A stretch of 64,000 nucleotides of DNA from a bacterium (GTDB lineage Bacteria > SAR324 > NAC60-12): NCBI GenBank assembly GCA_965233585.1, contig CBDDTI010000747.1, positions 352,001-416,000 of the forward strand, written 5' to 3'. Both the position numbers and the translations under genes were made by a program. The notes beneath the pieces were generated by a model, which did not search any database, was not told the DNA's origin, and saw only the letters and a list, made by a program, of their open reading frames with translations. Numbering within the stretch: position 1 is the first letter of the stretch; every line of letters begins with the position of its first letter. Below are positions 41,091 through 51,488 of this stretch, piece by piece.

Positions 41091-42710
41091 ATGTTTGCAT
41101 GTCATACAATCCAGATTTTCTCAAAAGCACTTGTTGCCTGCACCGATGCTTTTGCATCATTTCTTAAACCTTCTTCTTTGAAGAAATGTTCAATCCTGCT
41201 TGGTTTCAGTGTCCTTGTTGCCTGCACTGACAAACGTAGTCCATCAGATGAAAACACTGCCTCTGTCTCACCAAAGCCACCAAAACCATCAACTAGATTG
41301 TCAGTGTCAGCCAGAACATTCACTTTTACTGAAGAATCAGGCAAGAGTTACGAATGTTCCAAAGATGGAGGCACAACTCCTACTGATTGCAGCAGTCCTT
41401 TTAGTTTTGGAGACAATGCCATTGCCAAAGACAAGCTCTGCGTTCGTGTCAAAGCATCAGGTAATACGCCTGCTTCTGATTGGAGTTGCTACAACCAAGC
41501 CATTGCTGAACACTTGGCTAAACAATGGTCTCGTCTCCTTGGCACTGGTGGTATTGATATTGGATTTGGAGTGAGTGTGGATTCTAAAGGAGCAATCTAT
41601 GTGACAGGATACTCTTCAGGAGCTTTTGATGGAAAGACCAATCAAGGAAGTGCTGACTTGTTTTTAATCAAGTATGACAGTTCAGGCAACAAGCAGTGGT
41701 CTAAATTGCTTGGCAGTAGCAATTTTGATTTTGGCTGGGCAGTGAGTGTGGATTCAGCAGACAATGTCTATGTGTCAGGAATGCTTGCAGGAAATTTTGA
41801 TGGACAGACCAATCAAGGAGGTAGGGACATGTTTTTAATCAAGTATGATGCTTCAGGCAATAAGCAGTGGTCTAAGTTGGTTGGCACTAGCGGTACTGAT
41901 CAAGGATATGGGGTGAGTGTGGATTCAGCAGGCAATGTTTACGTCACTGGAGAGTCTGAGGGAAATTTTGATGGACATACCAATTCAGGAGGTAAGGACA
42001 TGTTTTTAGTGAAGTATAACACTTCAGGTGTCAAGCAGTGGTCTAAGTTGGTTGGCACTAGCAGTGATGATGAAGGATTTGGAGTGAGTGTAGATTCATC
42101 AGACAATGTCTATGTGACTGGAGAGTCTGAGGGAAATTTTGATGGACATACCAATTCAGGAGGTAAGGACATGTTTTTAATCAAGTATGACAGTTCAGGC
42201 AACAAGCAGTGGTCTAAATTGCTTGGCAGTCGGTTTCGTGATGAAGGATTAGGAATGAATGTGGATTCATCAGGCAATGTTTACGTGACAGGATTCTCTG
42301 CAGGAGCCTTTGATGGACACACCCATTCAGGAAATGAGGACATGTTTTTAATCAAGTATGATACTTCAGGCAACAAGCAGTGGTCTAAGTTGGTTGGCAC
42401 TAGCAGTGGTGATAGAGGAAAAGGAGTGAGTGTAGATTCAGCAGGCAGTGTTTACGTGACAGGATACTCTGCAGGAGCTTTTGATGGACACACCAATCAA
42501 GGAAGTACTGACATGTTTTTAATCAAGTATGACAGTTCAGGTGTCAAAAAGAGGTCAAAACTGCTTGGCACTAACGCTACTGATGAAGGATTAGGAGTGA
42601 GTGTGGATTCATCAGACAATGTCTATGTGACAGGATACTCTCAAGGAGCTTTTGATGGACACACCCGTTCAGGAGACAATGACATGCTTTTAATCAAGTT
42701 TGGGAAGTAG
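41091..42710 (+). CDS. SBBP-repeat 7-bladed beta-propeller lipoprotein, paralogue 1
   Basis: Lipobox VLVA/C; seven ~57-aa repeats QWSKLxG...VSVDSxGNVYVTG...DMFLIKYD. Confidence 0.9.
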   Translation: MFACHTIQIFSKALVACTDAFASFLKPSSLKKCSILLGFSVLVACTDKRSPSDENTASVSPKPPKPSTRLSVSARTFTFTEESGKSYECSKDGGTTPTDCSSPFSFGDNAIAKDKLCVRVKASGNTPASDWSCYNQAIAEHLAKQWSRLLGTGGIDIGFGVSVDSKGAIYVTGYSSGAFDGKTNQGSADLFLIKYDSSGNKQWSKLLGSSNFDFGWAVSVDSADNVYVSGMLAGNFDGQTNQGGRDMFLIKYDASGNKQWSKLVGTSGTDQGYGVSVDSAGNVYVTGESEGNFDGHTNSGGKDMFLVKYNTSGVKQWSKLVGTSSDDEGFGVSVDSSDNVYVTGESEGNFDGHTNSGGKDMFLIKYDSSGNKQWSKLLGSRFRDEGLGMNVDSSGNVYVTGFSAGAFDGHTHSGNEDMFLIKYDTSGNKQWSKLVGTSSGDRGKGVSVDSAGSVYVTGYSAGAFDGHTNQGSTDMFLIKYDSSGVKKRSKLLGTNATDEGLGVSVDSSDNVYVTGYSQGAFDGHTRSGDNDMLLIKFGK

Positions 42711-42718
42711 TTTTTTTG

Positions 42719-43109
42719 GTAGGGACAGACCAACGTGTCTGTCTTCTTATACAGAACTTTGAACTTAGTCATTCCTGCGAAAGCAGGAATCTATCTTTTT
42801 TTCTTCATTGCTCACCTTGAAAGCCGTCATTGCTGACCTTGACCCGCAATCTCTTCTTTTGTTTTTTTGAGATTCCGTATCAAGCACGGAATGACGAGAG
42901 GACGTTTGAGATTCTGCATCAAGTGCGGAATGACAAAGAATATCTTCATTTTTCCCTAATTTCCTCACTTCCTTCGTCATTGCGGGCTTGACCCGCAATC
43001 TCACTTTTTCTGATTCCCCTTCACTGAAGGGGTGCTTGAGCAAGCAAGCGGGGTAGTCCAAGAGGGAAATTGAAACACCCCGTCCCTTTTGGGACACCCC
43101 TCTTGTCAG
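42719..43109. repeat. REP cluster (GTAG-type, GTCATT-type, CCCCTC-type)
   Basis: gtagggacagaccaacgtgtctgtc, REPIN pairs, acaccccgtcccttttgggacacccctc. Confidence 0.85.
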
Positions 43110-43882
43110 GGCAGTGTTCACTTGGTGTTGGTATAATATTTTTCAAGTCTTTTATAGTCAAAGAAGAGTTTGAGAGTGTGATCCAGCATGTGAAAAGTTT
43201 TAGAATGTCGTTTAGATTTTCTCATAAAGCGAGCAAGGTTATCCCTAATAGAAGAGTTTGAAGATTCAATGAGGTGAGTCTTGTCCTTGCCTATTTCATG
43301 CTTCTCTGGAATTCGGAGTTGCGCAAATGCGACTTGATAGCAAGAGTTCGCATCTGTATAAATCGTTTCAATTCTAGCTCGTTGTGCTTTGACGAGTGCA
43401 TAGAGCTTCTTGGCAGCTGCTAATCCTTTGCCTATCACAAAGGCAATCACACATTGTTCTCTACGAGAGTCTGCTGTCCAAACGACTACTCTTTGACTTT
43501 TTTTTGAACAAAAGTATAGATTTCATCCATCTCTATGCTATCTACTTGTTCATTGAAACTTGCTGCTCCCTTTGGGAGTTGAGCCACTCTGGCTTTTTTG
43601 ATCCAGTTGAGAACAGAAGTTGGAGACACCTTGAGAAAACGAGCTATTTTTCTGATGCCTACGCTATTGACATACATCTCTAAGGCTTGACGCTTCGTCT
43701 CTAGTGGGATTCTCAACCCATTTGAACTGAATGACCTCCCACATGATTTGCAACCATACCTCTGCACTCCTTTGTAACAACCATTCTTGATATAATTCTG
43801 ACTTCCACAATGATGACAACTTCTCATATTCATTCCTCAAATTCACTCTCACATGCAATAACAACACCAAGTGAACACTGCC
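43110..43882 (-). mobile_element. IS1-family element, copy 3 (apparently intact) with 9-bp TSD
   Basis: IRs ggcagtgttcacttggtgttg at both ends; tcttgtcag duplicated at 43101-43109 and 43883-43891. Confidence 0.93.
43118..43833 (-). CDS. IS1-family transposase InsAB via -1 frameshift at A8 run
   Basis: InsA 43486-43833 ends FVQKK; the -1 frame continues SQRVVVWTA...IYTDANSCY...IESSNSSIRDNLARF with no stop. Confidence 0.85.
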
Positions 43883-44185
43883 TCTTGTCAGAGGGGAATT
43901 GGAACGCTTCATCCTCCGTCATTGCGGGCTTGACCCGCAATCTCACTCTTGCTTTTTGAGATTCCGCATCAAGTGCGGAATGACGGTTTGCTCTTTTCCC
44001 ATTCCCCCGTCATTGCTGACTTGACCCGCAATCTCCCTTTTTCATCGTCTTCACACTCTTTTTTGAGATTCCGCATTAAGTGCGGAATGACAAAGAGAGT
44101 TTGCTCACCTTGACCCGCAATCTCTCTTTTTTCATCGTCTTTACACTCTTTTTTGAGATTCCGTATCAAGCACGGAGGGACTGAG
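43883..44185. repeat. REP/REPIN cluster
   Basis: Three REPIN pairs, two with a near-identical spacer (ttcatcgtct..acactctttttt). Confidence 0.85.
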
Positions 44186-44239
44186 ATGGCAGGTGTTGAA
44201 GATTTAACCCAACTTGAAGACCAGCAAGTCTAGGCTTTG

Positions 44240-45364
44240 CTAAGTTTTAGCAACACAAGATTTGCTAATGTTCAACAAAATTCCTACCATCAAACAAGAA
44301 ACGATGAAGGAACTCCCACCATAACTTAAAAATGGCAGAGGAATCCCCTTTGTTGGTATGAGACCCGTTACAACCAACAAATTAAATAACATTTGCAGGC
44401 TGAGAGAAATAGACAATCCCAGAGCTAAAAAACGGGCAAAGACATCTTCAGCATTGATAGCAATCCAAAAAGAACGAAAGACAAAGGAAACAATCAAGGC
44501 TAAGACGAAAGAGACCCCAAACCAGCCCCATTCTTCAGCAAAAATAGCAAAAATAAAATCGGTGTGAGCATCTGGTAAAAACAGCATTTTTTGACGACTT
44601 TCTGTAAACCCTTGACCTGTCCAACCTCCTGACCCGAATGCAATGAAAGATTGAATTACTTGAAAGCCTGCACCTAGAGGGTCTTGCCATGGATTCAGGA
44701 ATGCCAAAATTCTTCTCATACGATAGGATTCAGCAAAAATCATGATGCTGGAGGCAGCACCACATGCCAACAAGCTGACGACCATGTGAGACACCTTTGC
44801 CCCGCCTACAAAAATCATCAACAACGCAGTCATGGCAATCAACGCCGCTGTTCCAAAGTCAGGTTGCATAGCAACGAGCGAAAGGAATCCACCAATCACA
44901 ATCAAGTTGGGCATCACTCCGCGAACAAAATCTGTCACTTGTTCCCGCTTGCGGGTCAAATAAGCGGACATGTAAATCACAATCACCACTTTCAGTAATT
45001 CTGATGGCTGGAATCCTAGCCCCGCAAACCTCACCCAACGCCTTGCCCCTTTGATTTCGCTGCCGATGCCAGGTACTAGCGTCAATGCCAGAAAAATCAA
45101 CATGCCTGCCATGAGCAAAAAACGGTGTTGCCTCCACCTGATGTAAGGAACCTTAGCACTGAAGTATAAAACTGAAACACCTAATGTGACATGCAACAAA
45201 CGTTTTTTCAGAAAAAACATGCTATCTTGATAACGGATTTCTCCCAATGCTGCAGTAGCACTGAAAATCATCACAGTTCCAAGCAATGTCAGTAATACCA
45301 GTTGCCACAGAAGAACTGAATCGTATCTTTGATGAGGTGGTGTTTGATTTGTTGAGCGAAACAT
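44240..45364 (-). CDS. ftsW: Cell division peptidoglycan polymerase FtsW
   Basis: GARRW, FQPSE, QPDFG, LPDAHTDFIFA, PTKGIPLPFLSYGGSS. Confidence 0.93.
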   Translation of the reverse strand: MFRSTNQTPPHQRYDSVLLWQLVLLTLLGTVMIFSATAALGEIRYQDSMFFLKKRLLHVTLGVSVLYFSAKVPYIRWRQHRFLLMAGMLIFLALTLVPGIGSEIKGARRWVRFAGLGFQPSELLKVVIVIYMSAYLTRKREQVTDFVRGVMPNLIVIGGFLSLVAMQPDFGTAALIAMTALLMIFVGGAKVSHMVVSLLACGAASSIMIFAESYRMRRILAFLNPWQDPLGAGFQVIQSFIAFGSGGWTGQGFTESRQKMLFLPDAHTDFIFAIFAEEWGWFGVSFVLALIVSFVFRSFWIAINAEDVFARFLALGLSISLSLQMLFNLLVVTGLIPTKGIPLPFLSYGGSSFIVSCLMVGILLNISKSCVAKT

Positions 45365-45433
45365 ATTACAATCTCCTGTTTGCTTGTGATTTTTTCAAGA
45401 CTTTTTTATTTAACTTTTATCACTGGGTAGCTG

Positions 45434-45838
45434 ATGGGACAAAAAGCAAAAATTTTGGTAGTAGATGACGACCGAGATATGACATTGATTTTGAAAGAAA
45501 TTTTGACAGATTTAGGATTAGATGTCACTGTTGCCAACAATGCTGAAGACGCGATTGAACATATTGAAACAGAAGAATTTTATGTAGTCATCACAGATAT
45601 TCACATGCCCGGCATGTCTGGCATTGACCTTCTGCGATTCTGCCGACAATTCAACAATTTAATTCAGGTCTTTATTATGACCGCACACAGCAACAAGCAA
45701 AGCATTGTTGAATGCTTAAAAGCAGGGGCAGTGGATTATTTTGAAAAACCCTTCCACACAGAAGATGTGATCTCATCAATTCAAGCCGCTCTTCATAAGA
45801 TGCACAAATGGGCAAAACTTGTCATCAATGCTTCGTAA
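45434..45838 (+). CDS. Single-domain response regulator
   Basis: ILVVDDD, TDIHMPGMSG, MTA, EKPF. Confidence 0.92.
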   Translation: MGQKAKILVVDDDRDMTLILKEILTDLGLDVTVANNAEDAIEHIETEEFYVVITDIHMPGMSGIDLLRFCRQFNNLIQVFIMTAHSNKQSIVECLKAGAVDYFEKPFHTEDVISSIQAALHKMHKWAKLVINAS

Positions 45839-46041
45839 AATTGCACCACATTATCCTTTTACTGACGACCACGGTGAGTGCTTGTTCCAGTTCCACACAC
45901 GTTTGGAAAATTTCAGGTCAGCATTGTGTGTATGACCAGAATCCGCAGTTCAAAGTCACCAACCACGACGACCCTGAACTATGCGGACGCTTCGTTCCAA
46001 CCAGTCAGCACAAGCCTCAGAAACTTCGTGGTATGTTTTAG
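45808..46041 (+). CDS. Possible small lipoprotein (start uncertain)
   Basis: IILLLTTTVSA/C lipobox-like segment; ends just before the lolD start. Confidence 0.4.
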   Translation: MGKTCHQCFVKLHHIILLLTTTVSACSSSTHVWKISGQHCVYDQNPQFKVTNHDDPELCGRFVPTSQHKPQKLRGMF

Positions 46042-46043
46042 AG

Positions 46044-46736
46044 ATGCTACCACAAATTCAAGTCAATCGCTTGTGCAAATCGTTTGTCAATGGTCAAGGT
46101 GAGTCATTGCAAGTTTTAAATGATTTGGATTTTGAGGCAGAGACTTCTACCTTTCATTCTATCATTGGTGCTTCAGGTGCAGGGAAATCTACTTTAATCA
46201 ACCTGCTTGGAGGGCTAGATTTGCCAACTTCTGGAGAGGTTTTGGTTCAAGGGCAAAGTCTTTCTACTATGACACGCAAACAGATTGCAACATTTAGAAA
46301 TCAAAACATCGGCTTCGTCTTCCAGTTTCATCACTTATTGCAAGACTTCTCTGCTCTTGAAAATGTAGCAATGCCTTTGTTGATTCATGGTGCTTTGAGA
46401 AAAGAAGCATTTGAGAAAGCCTCTCGTGCATTGCAGCAGGTGGGTTTGTCTCACCGAAGCACGCACAGACCTGCACAGCTTTCAGGTGGGGAACAACAGC
46501 GCACAGCCATTGCACGTGCCATTGTCAATTCTCCTGCTATCTTACTTGCTGATGAACCGACAGGCAATTTAGACCAACACAATAGCAAACAAATCTTTGA
46601 CCTACTTTTGCAGTTGAACCAAGAGACGCAAATGACTCTCATTGTCATTACGCATAATTTAGAACTTGCCAAACAAGCACCTTTTCAATTAAAAATGTCT
46701 TCAGGAAAACTCTGTTTTGTTTCTAATCAAGCATGA
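46044..46736 (+). CDS. lolD: Lipoprotein-releasing ABC ATPase
   Basis: [36 protein letters not shown]; directly upstream of bamA. Confidence 0.88.
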   Translation: MLPQIQVNRLCKSFVNGQGESLQVLNDLDFEAETSTFHSIIGASGAGKSTLINLLGGLDLPTSGEVLVQGQSLSTMTRKQIATFRNQNIGFVFQFHHLLQDFSALENVAMPLLIHGALRKEAFEKASRALQQVGLSHRSTHRPAQLSGGEQQRTAIARAIVNSPAILLADEPTGNLDQHNSKQIFDLLLQLNQETQMTLIVITHNLELAKQAPFQLKMSSGKLCFVSNQA

Positions 46737-49129
46737 AATTTCAACATTTATGTATCACATTCTTAGGCTTTTTGTTGCCATTAGGAGTTTGGGCGCAAGT
46801 CATTGAACAAATAGAGGTGGAAGGCACAAATCGTCTGGAACGTTCCCAAATTCTCTTCAGAATTGAAACAAGAGTTGGTGAACAATTTAACAAGCGCAAG
46901 ATCATTCGTGACGTCAAGACCGTTTATAAGATGAGAAAGTTCACCTTTGTCAGCATTCAATCTAGTCAGCAAGCGAATGGAAATTATATTCTGACCTTTG
47001 TTGTCAAAGAACGTCCGCGTATTGGAAAGATTACAATCACTGGACGCACCAAAGTTTTGGAAAGTGAAATCACTAAAATTCTGACTCTTAAAGAAGGCGA
47101 TATTTTCAACCAATCCAAAGTCTTGCAAGACCGCCTTGCGATTCGTAACATCTACTACAAGGCAGGCTATACTCGTGTCAAAATCACACACAGCACTCAA
47201 GAGATTGCACCCTCCAAATATGAGGTCGTTTTTCGTATTGAAGAATCTGCCAAAATTTACATCACGCGATTAGGATTTCATGGCAACAACGTCTTTCCAG
47301 ACTTAAGGCTTGAAAGAATGATGACCTCAGGAGAAATAGATTGTATTTCATGGGTCAATGAATCTGGAGTTTTCCAAGAAGACAGAATCAATCAAGACCT
47401 TGCTTTAATTACAAGACTTTACCTAGAAAATGGCTACATCAAAGTCAGGATTGCCAGACCTAAAATTGTGCTGACGACCAACCCTGATTATGGCTCACTT
47501 GAAATAGACCTCACTTTCACTGAAGGCAATCAATATTTTACAGGTCAAATAGAACTGACAGGAGATTTGCTTGATTCCAAAGAGGAGTTGACCAACCTTT
47601 TAGAGCTTAATAAAAGCGAGGTTTACAATCCTTTTTTACAAAATCGTGACAGGGCTGCACTCAATGATTTTTTTCAAGAAAGAGGTTATGCCTTTGTTCG
47701 TGTGATTCCTAAAACAACCATCCATGAAGATACACGCAAAGTGGACGTCACTTACCAAATCATCAAAGGTGAAAAGGCGTATCTTGGTCGGATTGATTTT
47801 GAAGGAAACACCGTGACGCATGATTACGTCATCAGACGCGAATTTGAATCCCGAGAACGTGATTTATACAATGGCAAAAAGCTCCAAAAAAGCCAACGAA
47901 ACCTTGAAAGGTTGGGATTCTTTGAACAAGGTTTGAGCATTGACAGGTTACCTGAAGAGGAGGAGGACAACATTCTCAATATGCTGTTAAGACTCAAAGA
48001 AGCCTCAACAGGTTCGTTTAACATTCAGGTCAGTTACAGTGAAGTTTCTAAGCTGGCAGGCAGTGTGACCATTTCCAAAGGAAACTTATTTGGTCGTGGT
48101 TATACCATTCGCTTCAGAATGAACTTTGCCCAACAAGGCTCACGTTCTGCAAGTTTGACCTTCATTGAACCAAGATTGCTACACAGCAGGATTTCTGCAG
48201 AAGTTTCGCTGGGATACAGCATTGTCAAATCAAACTTTGAAAGTAGATTTGACCGCAGAGAAATTTCTTTTGGACTGGCTTTTGGGATTCCTCTCATCTT
48301 TGAAGATTGGAGTTTGGGGGTTGGATATTCTGCCATCAACCGCCTGTTTAACGATTCAGAAAATCCAGACCTTGAAAAAAGAACTGCTTATGTTGAATTA
48401 AAGTATGACACCGTAGACCACCCTATTTTTCCTTCTAGCGGGATTCGTTCCAGTGGTAGTGTCTCGCAAACAGGGGATTATGTTTTAGGTGGGAATACTC
48501 GCTTGCGTGAATATGCGTACACTTATCGTCAATTTTGGAGTTTAAACAAAAGCCGCAGCGTGATTGTTATGGCACAGGCTAGGTTGGGATTTTTGGAAAA
48601 ACAAGGGGACTCTGCCATTCCTGAAGAAGACCGCTATCGTATTGGTGGGATTTCTACGGTGCATGGACATTTTAACGGGGATATTTCAGGACCTTCATCA
48701 GGCACAAATGTCCAAGATTCCATAGAAGAAAGAACAATTATTGGCGAACTTGGCACAAAAGAATCTGACACCGTTGACGAACGTCGTCTGGAGCTGACTC
48801 GTGAGGAATTAGAACAGTTGATTCCCGGTGGGATTTCTCAACGTATCTTTAATCTGGAACTGTTGTTTCCTCTTGGTGGTGATAGTTCGTCAAGGAATAT
48901 TAGAGGTGCGCTTTTTTATGATGCTGGAAACGTCAATGCAGAACCTGCCCAATACCGAATCTTGAAGGAAGAAGAACCAAAATTTTGGGATTTGAGGCAA
49001 AGCACAGGTATCGGTGTCAGATTGATTACACCGATGGGCGTTTTGCATTTTGACTATGGACGTAAGCTAGATGCCAGAAAACATGAAGCAGATGACAAGT
49101 TTGATTTTAATATTTCAGGCTTGTTCTAA
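46733..49129 (+). CDS. bamA: Outer membrane protein assembly factor
   Basis: POTRA repeats, barrel with VHG(H) loop, ITPMGVL, C-terminal Phe. Confidence 0.93.
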   Translation: MKFQHLCITFLGFLLPLGVWAQVIEQIEVEGTNRLERSQILFRIETRVGEQFNKRKIIRDVKTVYKMRKFTFVSIQSSQQANGNYILTFVVKERPRIGKITITGRTKVLESEITKILTLKEGDIFNQSKVLQDRLAIRNIYYKAGYTRVKITHSTQEIAPSKYEVVFRIEESAKIYITRLGFHGNNVFPDLRLERMMTSGEIDCISWVNESGVFQEDRINQDLALITRLYLENGYIKVRIARPKIVLTTNPDYGSLEIDLTFTEGNQYFTGQIELTGDLLDSKEELTNLLELNKSEVYNPFLQNRDRAALNDFFQERGYAFVRVIPKTTIHEDTRKVDVTYQIIKGEKAYLGRIDFEGNTVTHDYVIRREFESRERDLYNGKKLQKSQRNLERLGFFEQGLSIDRLPEEEEDNILNMLLRLKEASTGSFNIQVSYSEVSKLAGSVTISKGNLFGRGYTIRFRMNFAQQGSRSASLTFIEPRLLHSRISAEVSLGYSIVKSNFESRFDRREISFGLAFGIPLIFEDWSLGVGYSAINRLFNDSENPDLEKRTAYVELKYDTVDHPIFPSSGIRSSGSVSQTGDYVLGGNTRLREYAYTYRQFWSLNKSRSVIVMAQARLGFLEKQGDSAIPEEDRYRIGGISTVHGHFNGDISGPSSGTNVQDSIEERTIIGELGTKESDTVDERRLELTREELEQLIPGGISQRIFNLELLFPLGGDSSSRNIRGALFYDAGNVNAEPAQYRILKEEEPKFWDLRQSTGIGVRLITPMGVLHFDYGRKLDARKHEADDKFDFNISGLF

Positions 49130-49287
49130 ATACTAATTCTCCAGTTTGTGAAAACACATCTTAAAAAGTAGGAATGAGGTTGGAAGCCAAACAAATTCAC
49201 TTGAGATGACAAATCAACAAAACATTTGATTCAAATGATTCAAAAGAGTCTTTGACTCTTGAAAATTGGCAAGCAGAGGCTATCACT

Positions 49288-49878
49288 ATGAACGTTCCCA
49301 ATATTAAGCAACTTTGCGACATGCAACTTTCTCTCATTCAAAAATGGTATGATGAGGAGAATTTTGTTGCAGAAGAAGATTTTTTGTCACAGGCACTGCA
49401 ACAGCATTGCTACAATTACAAACTTTGGAAGCAAGAAGATTTAGCCAGAGACCCTGATTCATCTGATGCTGTGATTGCAGACGTCAAAAGAAAGATAGAC
49501 CGACTCAATCAGCAACGCAATGACCAAATTGAAAAACTTGATGCGTTACTTCTTGCCAGCCTGCCACCTGTCCATCAAGACACTCCATTGCATAGTGAAA
49601 CTCCCGGAAATATGATTGACCGTCTGTCTATCAATGCCTTGAAAATTTATCACATGCAACTGCAAACGCAACGTCAAAGTGCAAGCGATGCACATCGCAC
49701 CCAATGCACCCAAAAACTCAATATCTTAAAACAACAACGACATGATTTGATTCAATGCCTCAACACATTGATTGGCGAACTGTTTAGTGGAAAAAAACAA
49801 ATCAAAGTGTACTACCAGATGAAGATGTACAATGACCCCTCTTTAAATCCTGTTCTCTATGGCAAGAGGGATTTATGA
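49288..49878 (+). CDS. DUF4254 family protein
   Basis: LWKQEDLARDP, KRKIDRLNQQRND, SETPGNMIDRLSI, QMKMYNDPSLNPVLY. Confidence 0.85.
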   Translation: MNVPNIKQLCDMQLSLIQKWYDEENFVAEEDFLSQALQQHCYNYKLWKQEDLARDPDSSDAVIADVKRKIDRLNQQRNDQIEKLDALLLASLPPVHQDTPLHSETPGNMIDRLSINALKIYHMQLQTQRQSASDAHRTQCTQKLNILKQQRHDLIQCLNTLIGELFSGKKQIKVYYQMKMYNDPSLNPVLYGKRDL

Positions 49879-49999
49879 GTCGTCATTTTGTGAGGCACTT
49901 CCAGCTCAACACGATTTAAGTTATGATATGGTCAGGATTTTGTTACAATTCTAAGTACTAGGAATTTTTTAACTCGTTCAAACAATTAGGAGTCATTCA

Positions 50000-50521
50000 A
50001 TGGCAGAAGAAGAAGGCGGAGGAAGTGCTGGCGGAGGAAAGCTCAAATTGATTATCATTATCGTTGCAGTTTTATTGCTTTTGTTGGGTGGTGCAGGTGC
50101 GGCATACTTTTTTCTGTTTTCCTCACCACCCACTCCTGAAGAAGAGGAACAGGCTTTGGCAGAAGCAGAAAAAGCACTTTCTCAAGAAGTTGAACCATTA
50201 GAGACGCCTATTTTTGTTCCCTTAGGCACCTATACTGTCAACTTGAAAGATGGAAGACGTTACTTGCGTGCCAAAATTCAACTAATGATGAGCGAATCAT
50301 CAGCAGCAGACTATTTGACGCTGAGGCTTGTTGAAATCAAAGACATCGTCAACAGTGAATTACAACTGCTATCGGTTGAGGCATTATCTACGCCAGAAGG
50401 CAAGGAAGAATTGAAAAACGAATTGACCAAAAAAATAACGGCTTTGTTCCCCAAAGAGCCAGATTGGGACGACCCCCACGTTTTACGCAAGGTTCTATTT
50501 GAAGAATTTTACATGCAGTAA
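50000..50521 (+). CDS. fliL: Flagellar basal body protein FliL
   Basis: N-terminal TM segment, YTVNL..RYL, LSTPEGKEELK, VLFEEFYMQ. Confidence 0.88.
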   Translation: MAEEEGGGSAGGGKLKLIIIIVAVLLLLLGGAGAAYFFLFSSPPTPEEEEQALAEAEKALSQEVEPLETPIFVPLGTYTVNLKDGRRYLRAKIQLMMSESSAADYLTLRLVEIKDIVNSELQLLSVEALSTPEGKEELKNELTKKITALFPKEPDWDDPHVLRKVLFEEFYMQ

Positions 50522-50523
50522 AA

Positions 50524-51015
50524 GTGGCTGAAGAAGTTCTTGAAAACTTTGGAGGGAAATCAGGAGGGAAGTTTAAAATCATTTTGATTTTGCTTCTCTT
50601 AATCATCGCAGGAGTTGTTGCCTTTTTCTTTTTAAATCAAGAAGAAGAAGAGCAAGAAGAGGTGTTTCAGAAGGTTGAAAAACAACCTGAAGTCACAGAA
50701 CCTTTTTATCTGGATTTAGGAGAGTTTGTGATTAATCTGTCTGACAGAAAATATTTTCTTAAAACGACTGTCTCTTTGGTTTTTCATGCAGAAATTTACA
50801 AAAATTGGCTCAACCTAAGGTTACCTATCGTCAGAGATACCATCATCAGCTATTTGGAACTCTTTAGTGCCAGACAACTTTCTGACGAAAACACACGGCA
50901 ACAAATTAGACGTTCTTTGACAAAACGCCTCAATTCTCTTTTCTCAAATCGTATGCTCCGAGAAGAATCTGAACCTGTCAAAAAGATTCTTTTTCAAGAA
51001 TTTTACACACAATAG
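50524..51015 (+). CDS. fliL: Second FliL paralogue
   Basis: TM segment, FVINL..YFLK, PIVRD, ILFQEFYTQ. Confidence 0.82.
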   Translation: MAEEVLENFGGKSGGKFKIILILLLLIIAGVVAFFFLNQEEEEQEEVFQKVEKQPEVTEPFYLDLGEFVINLSDRKYFLKTTVSLVFHAEIYKNWLNLRLPIVRDTIISYLELFSARQLSDENTRQQIRRSLTKRLNSLFSNRMLREESEPVKKILFQEFYTQ

Positions 51016-51024
51016 CAACACCTC

Positions 51025-51486
51025 ATGGCAGACGAAGGATTTGACGCACTGGATAGTTTAGACGATCTGGATTGGTCTGATATTGAAGATGAACTTGCTG
51101 CAAACAAGAGTCAAATTGTAGCAGATGCTGAACCTGTTGCAGAAAGCAATGACGCTCCTACTTTAGCACAAGATGCGATTGATCAAATTGTGCAAGCAGG
51201 TACCCAAGACAGCGACATCAAAGACCATCTTGACATTGACTGCCTGCTTGATGTGGAGCTTCAGATTGTTGTAGAGGTTGGAAGAACCAACATCATCATA
51301 GAACGTGTCTTGGAACTTGACAAAGAATCTGTTGTTGAACTTGAGACTTTGGTTGGGCAACCTTTAGATGTTCGTGTCAATAACCGTCTGGTTGCAAGGG
51401 GTGAGACTGTGGTCATCAACGACAAATTTGGAATTAGGATCACTGAAATCATTCCGCCAGAGCAACGAGTCAGTGTGTTAGGCTAA
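51025..51486 (+). CDS. fliN: Flagellar motor switch protein FliN
   Basis: LLDVELQIVVEVGRT...ARGETVVINDKFGIRITEI SpoA domain. Confidence 0.92.
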   Translation: MADEGFDALDSLDDLDWSDIEDELAANKSQIVADAEPVAESNDAPTLAQDAIDQIVQAGTQDSDIKDHLDIDCLLDVELQIVVEVGRTNIIIERVLELDKESVVELETLVGQPLDVRVNNRLVARGETVVINDKFGIRITEIIPPEQRVSVLG

Positions 51487-51488
51487 CG

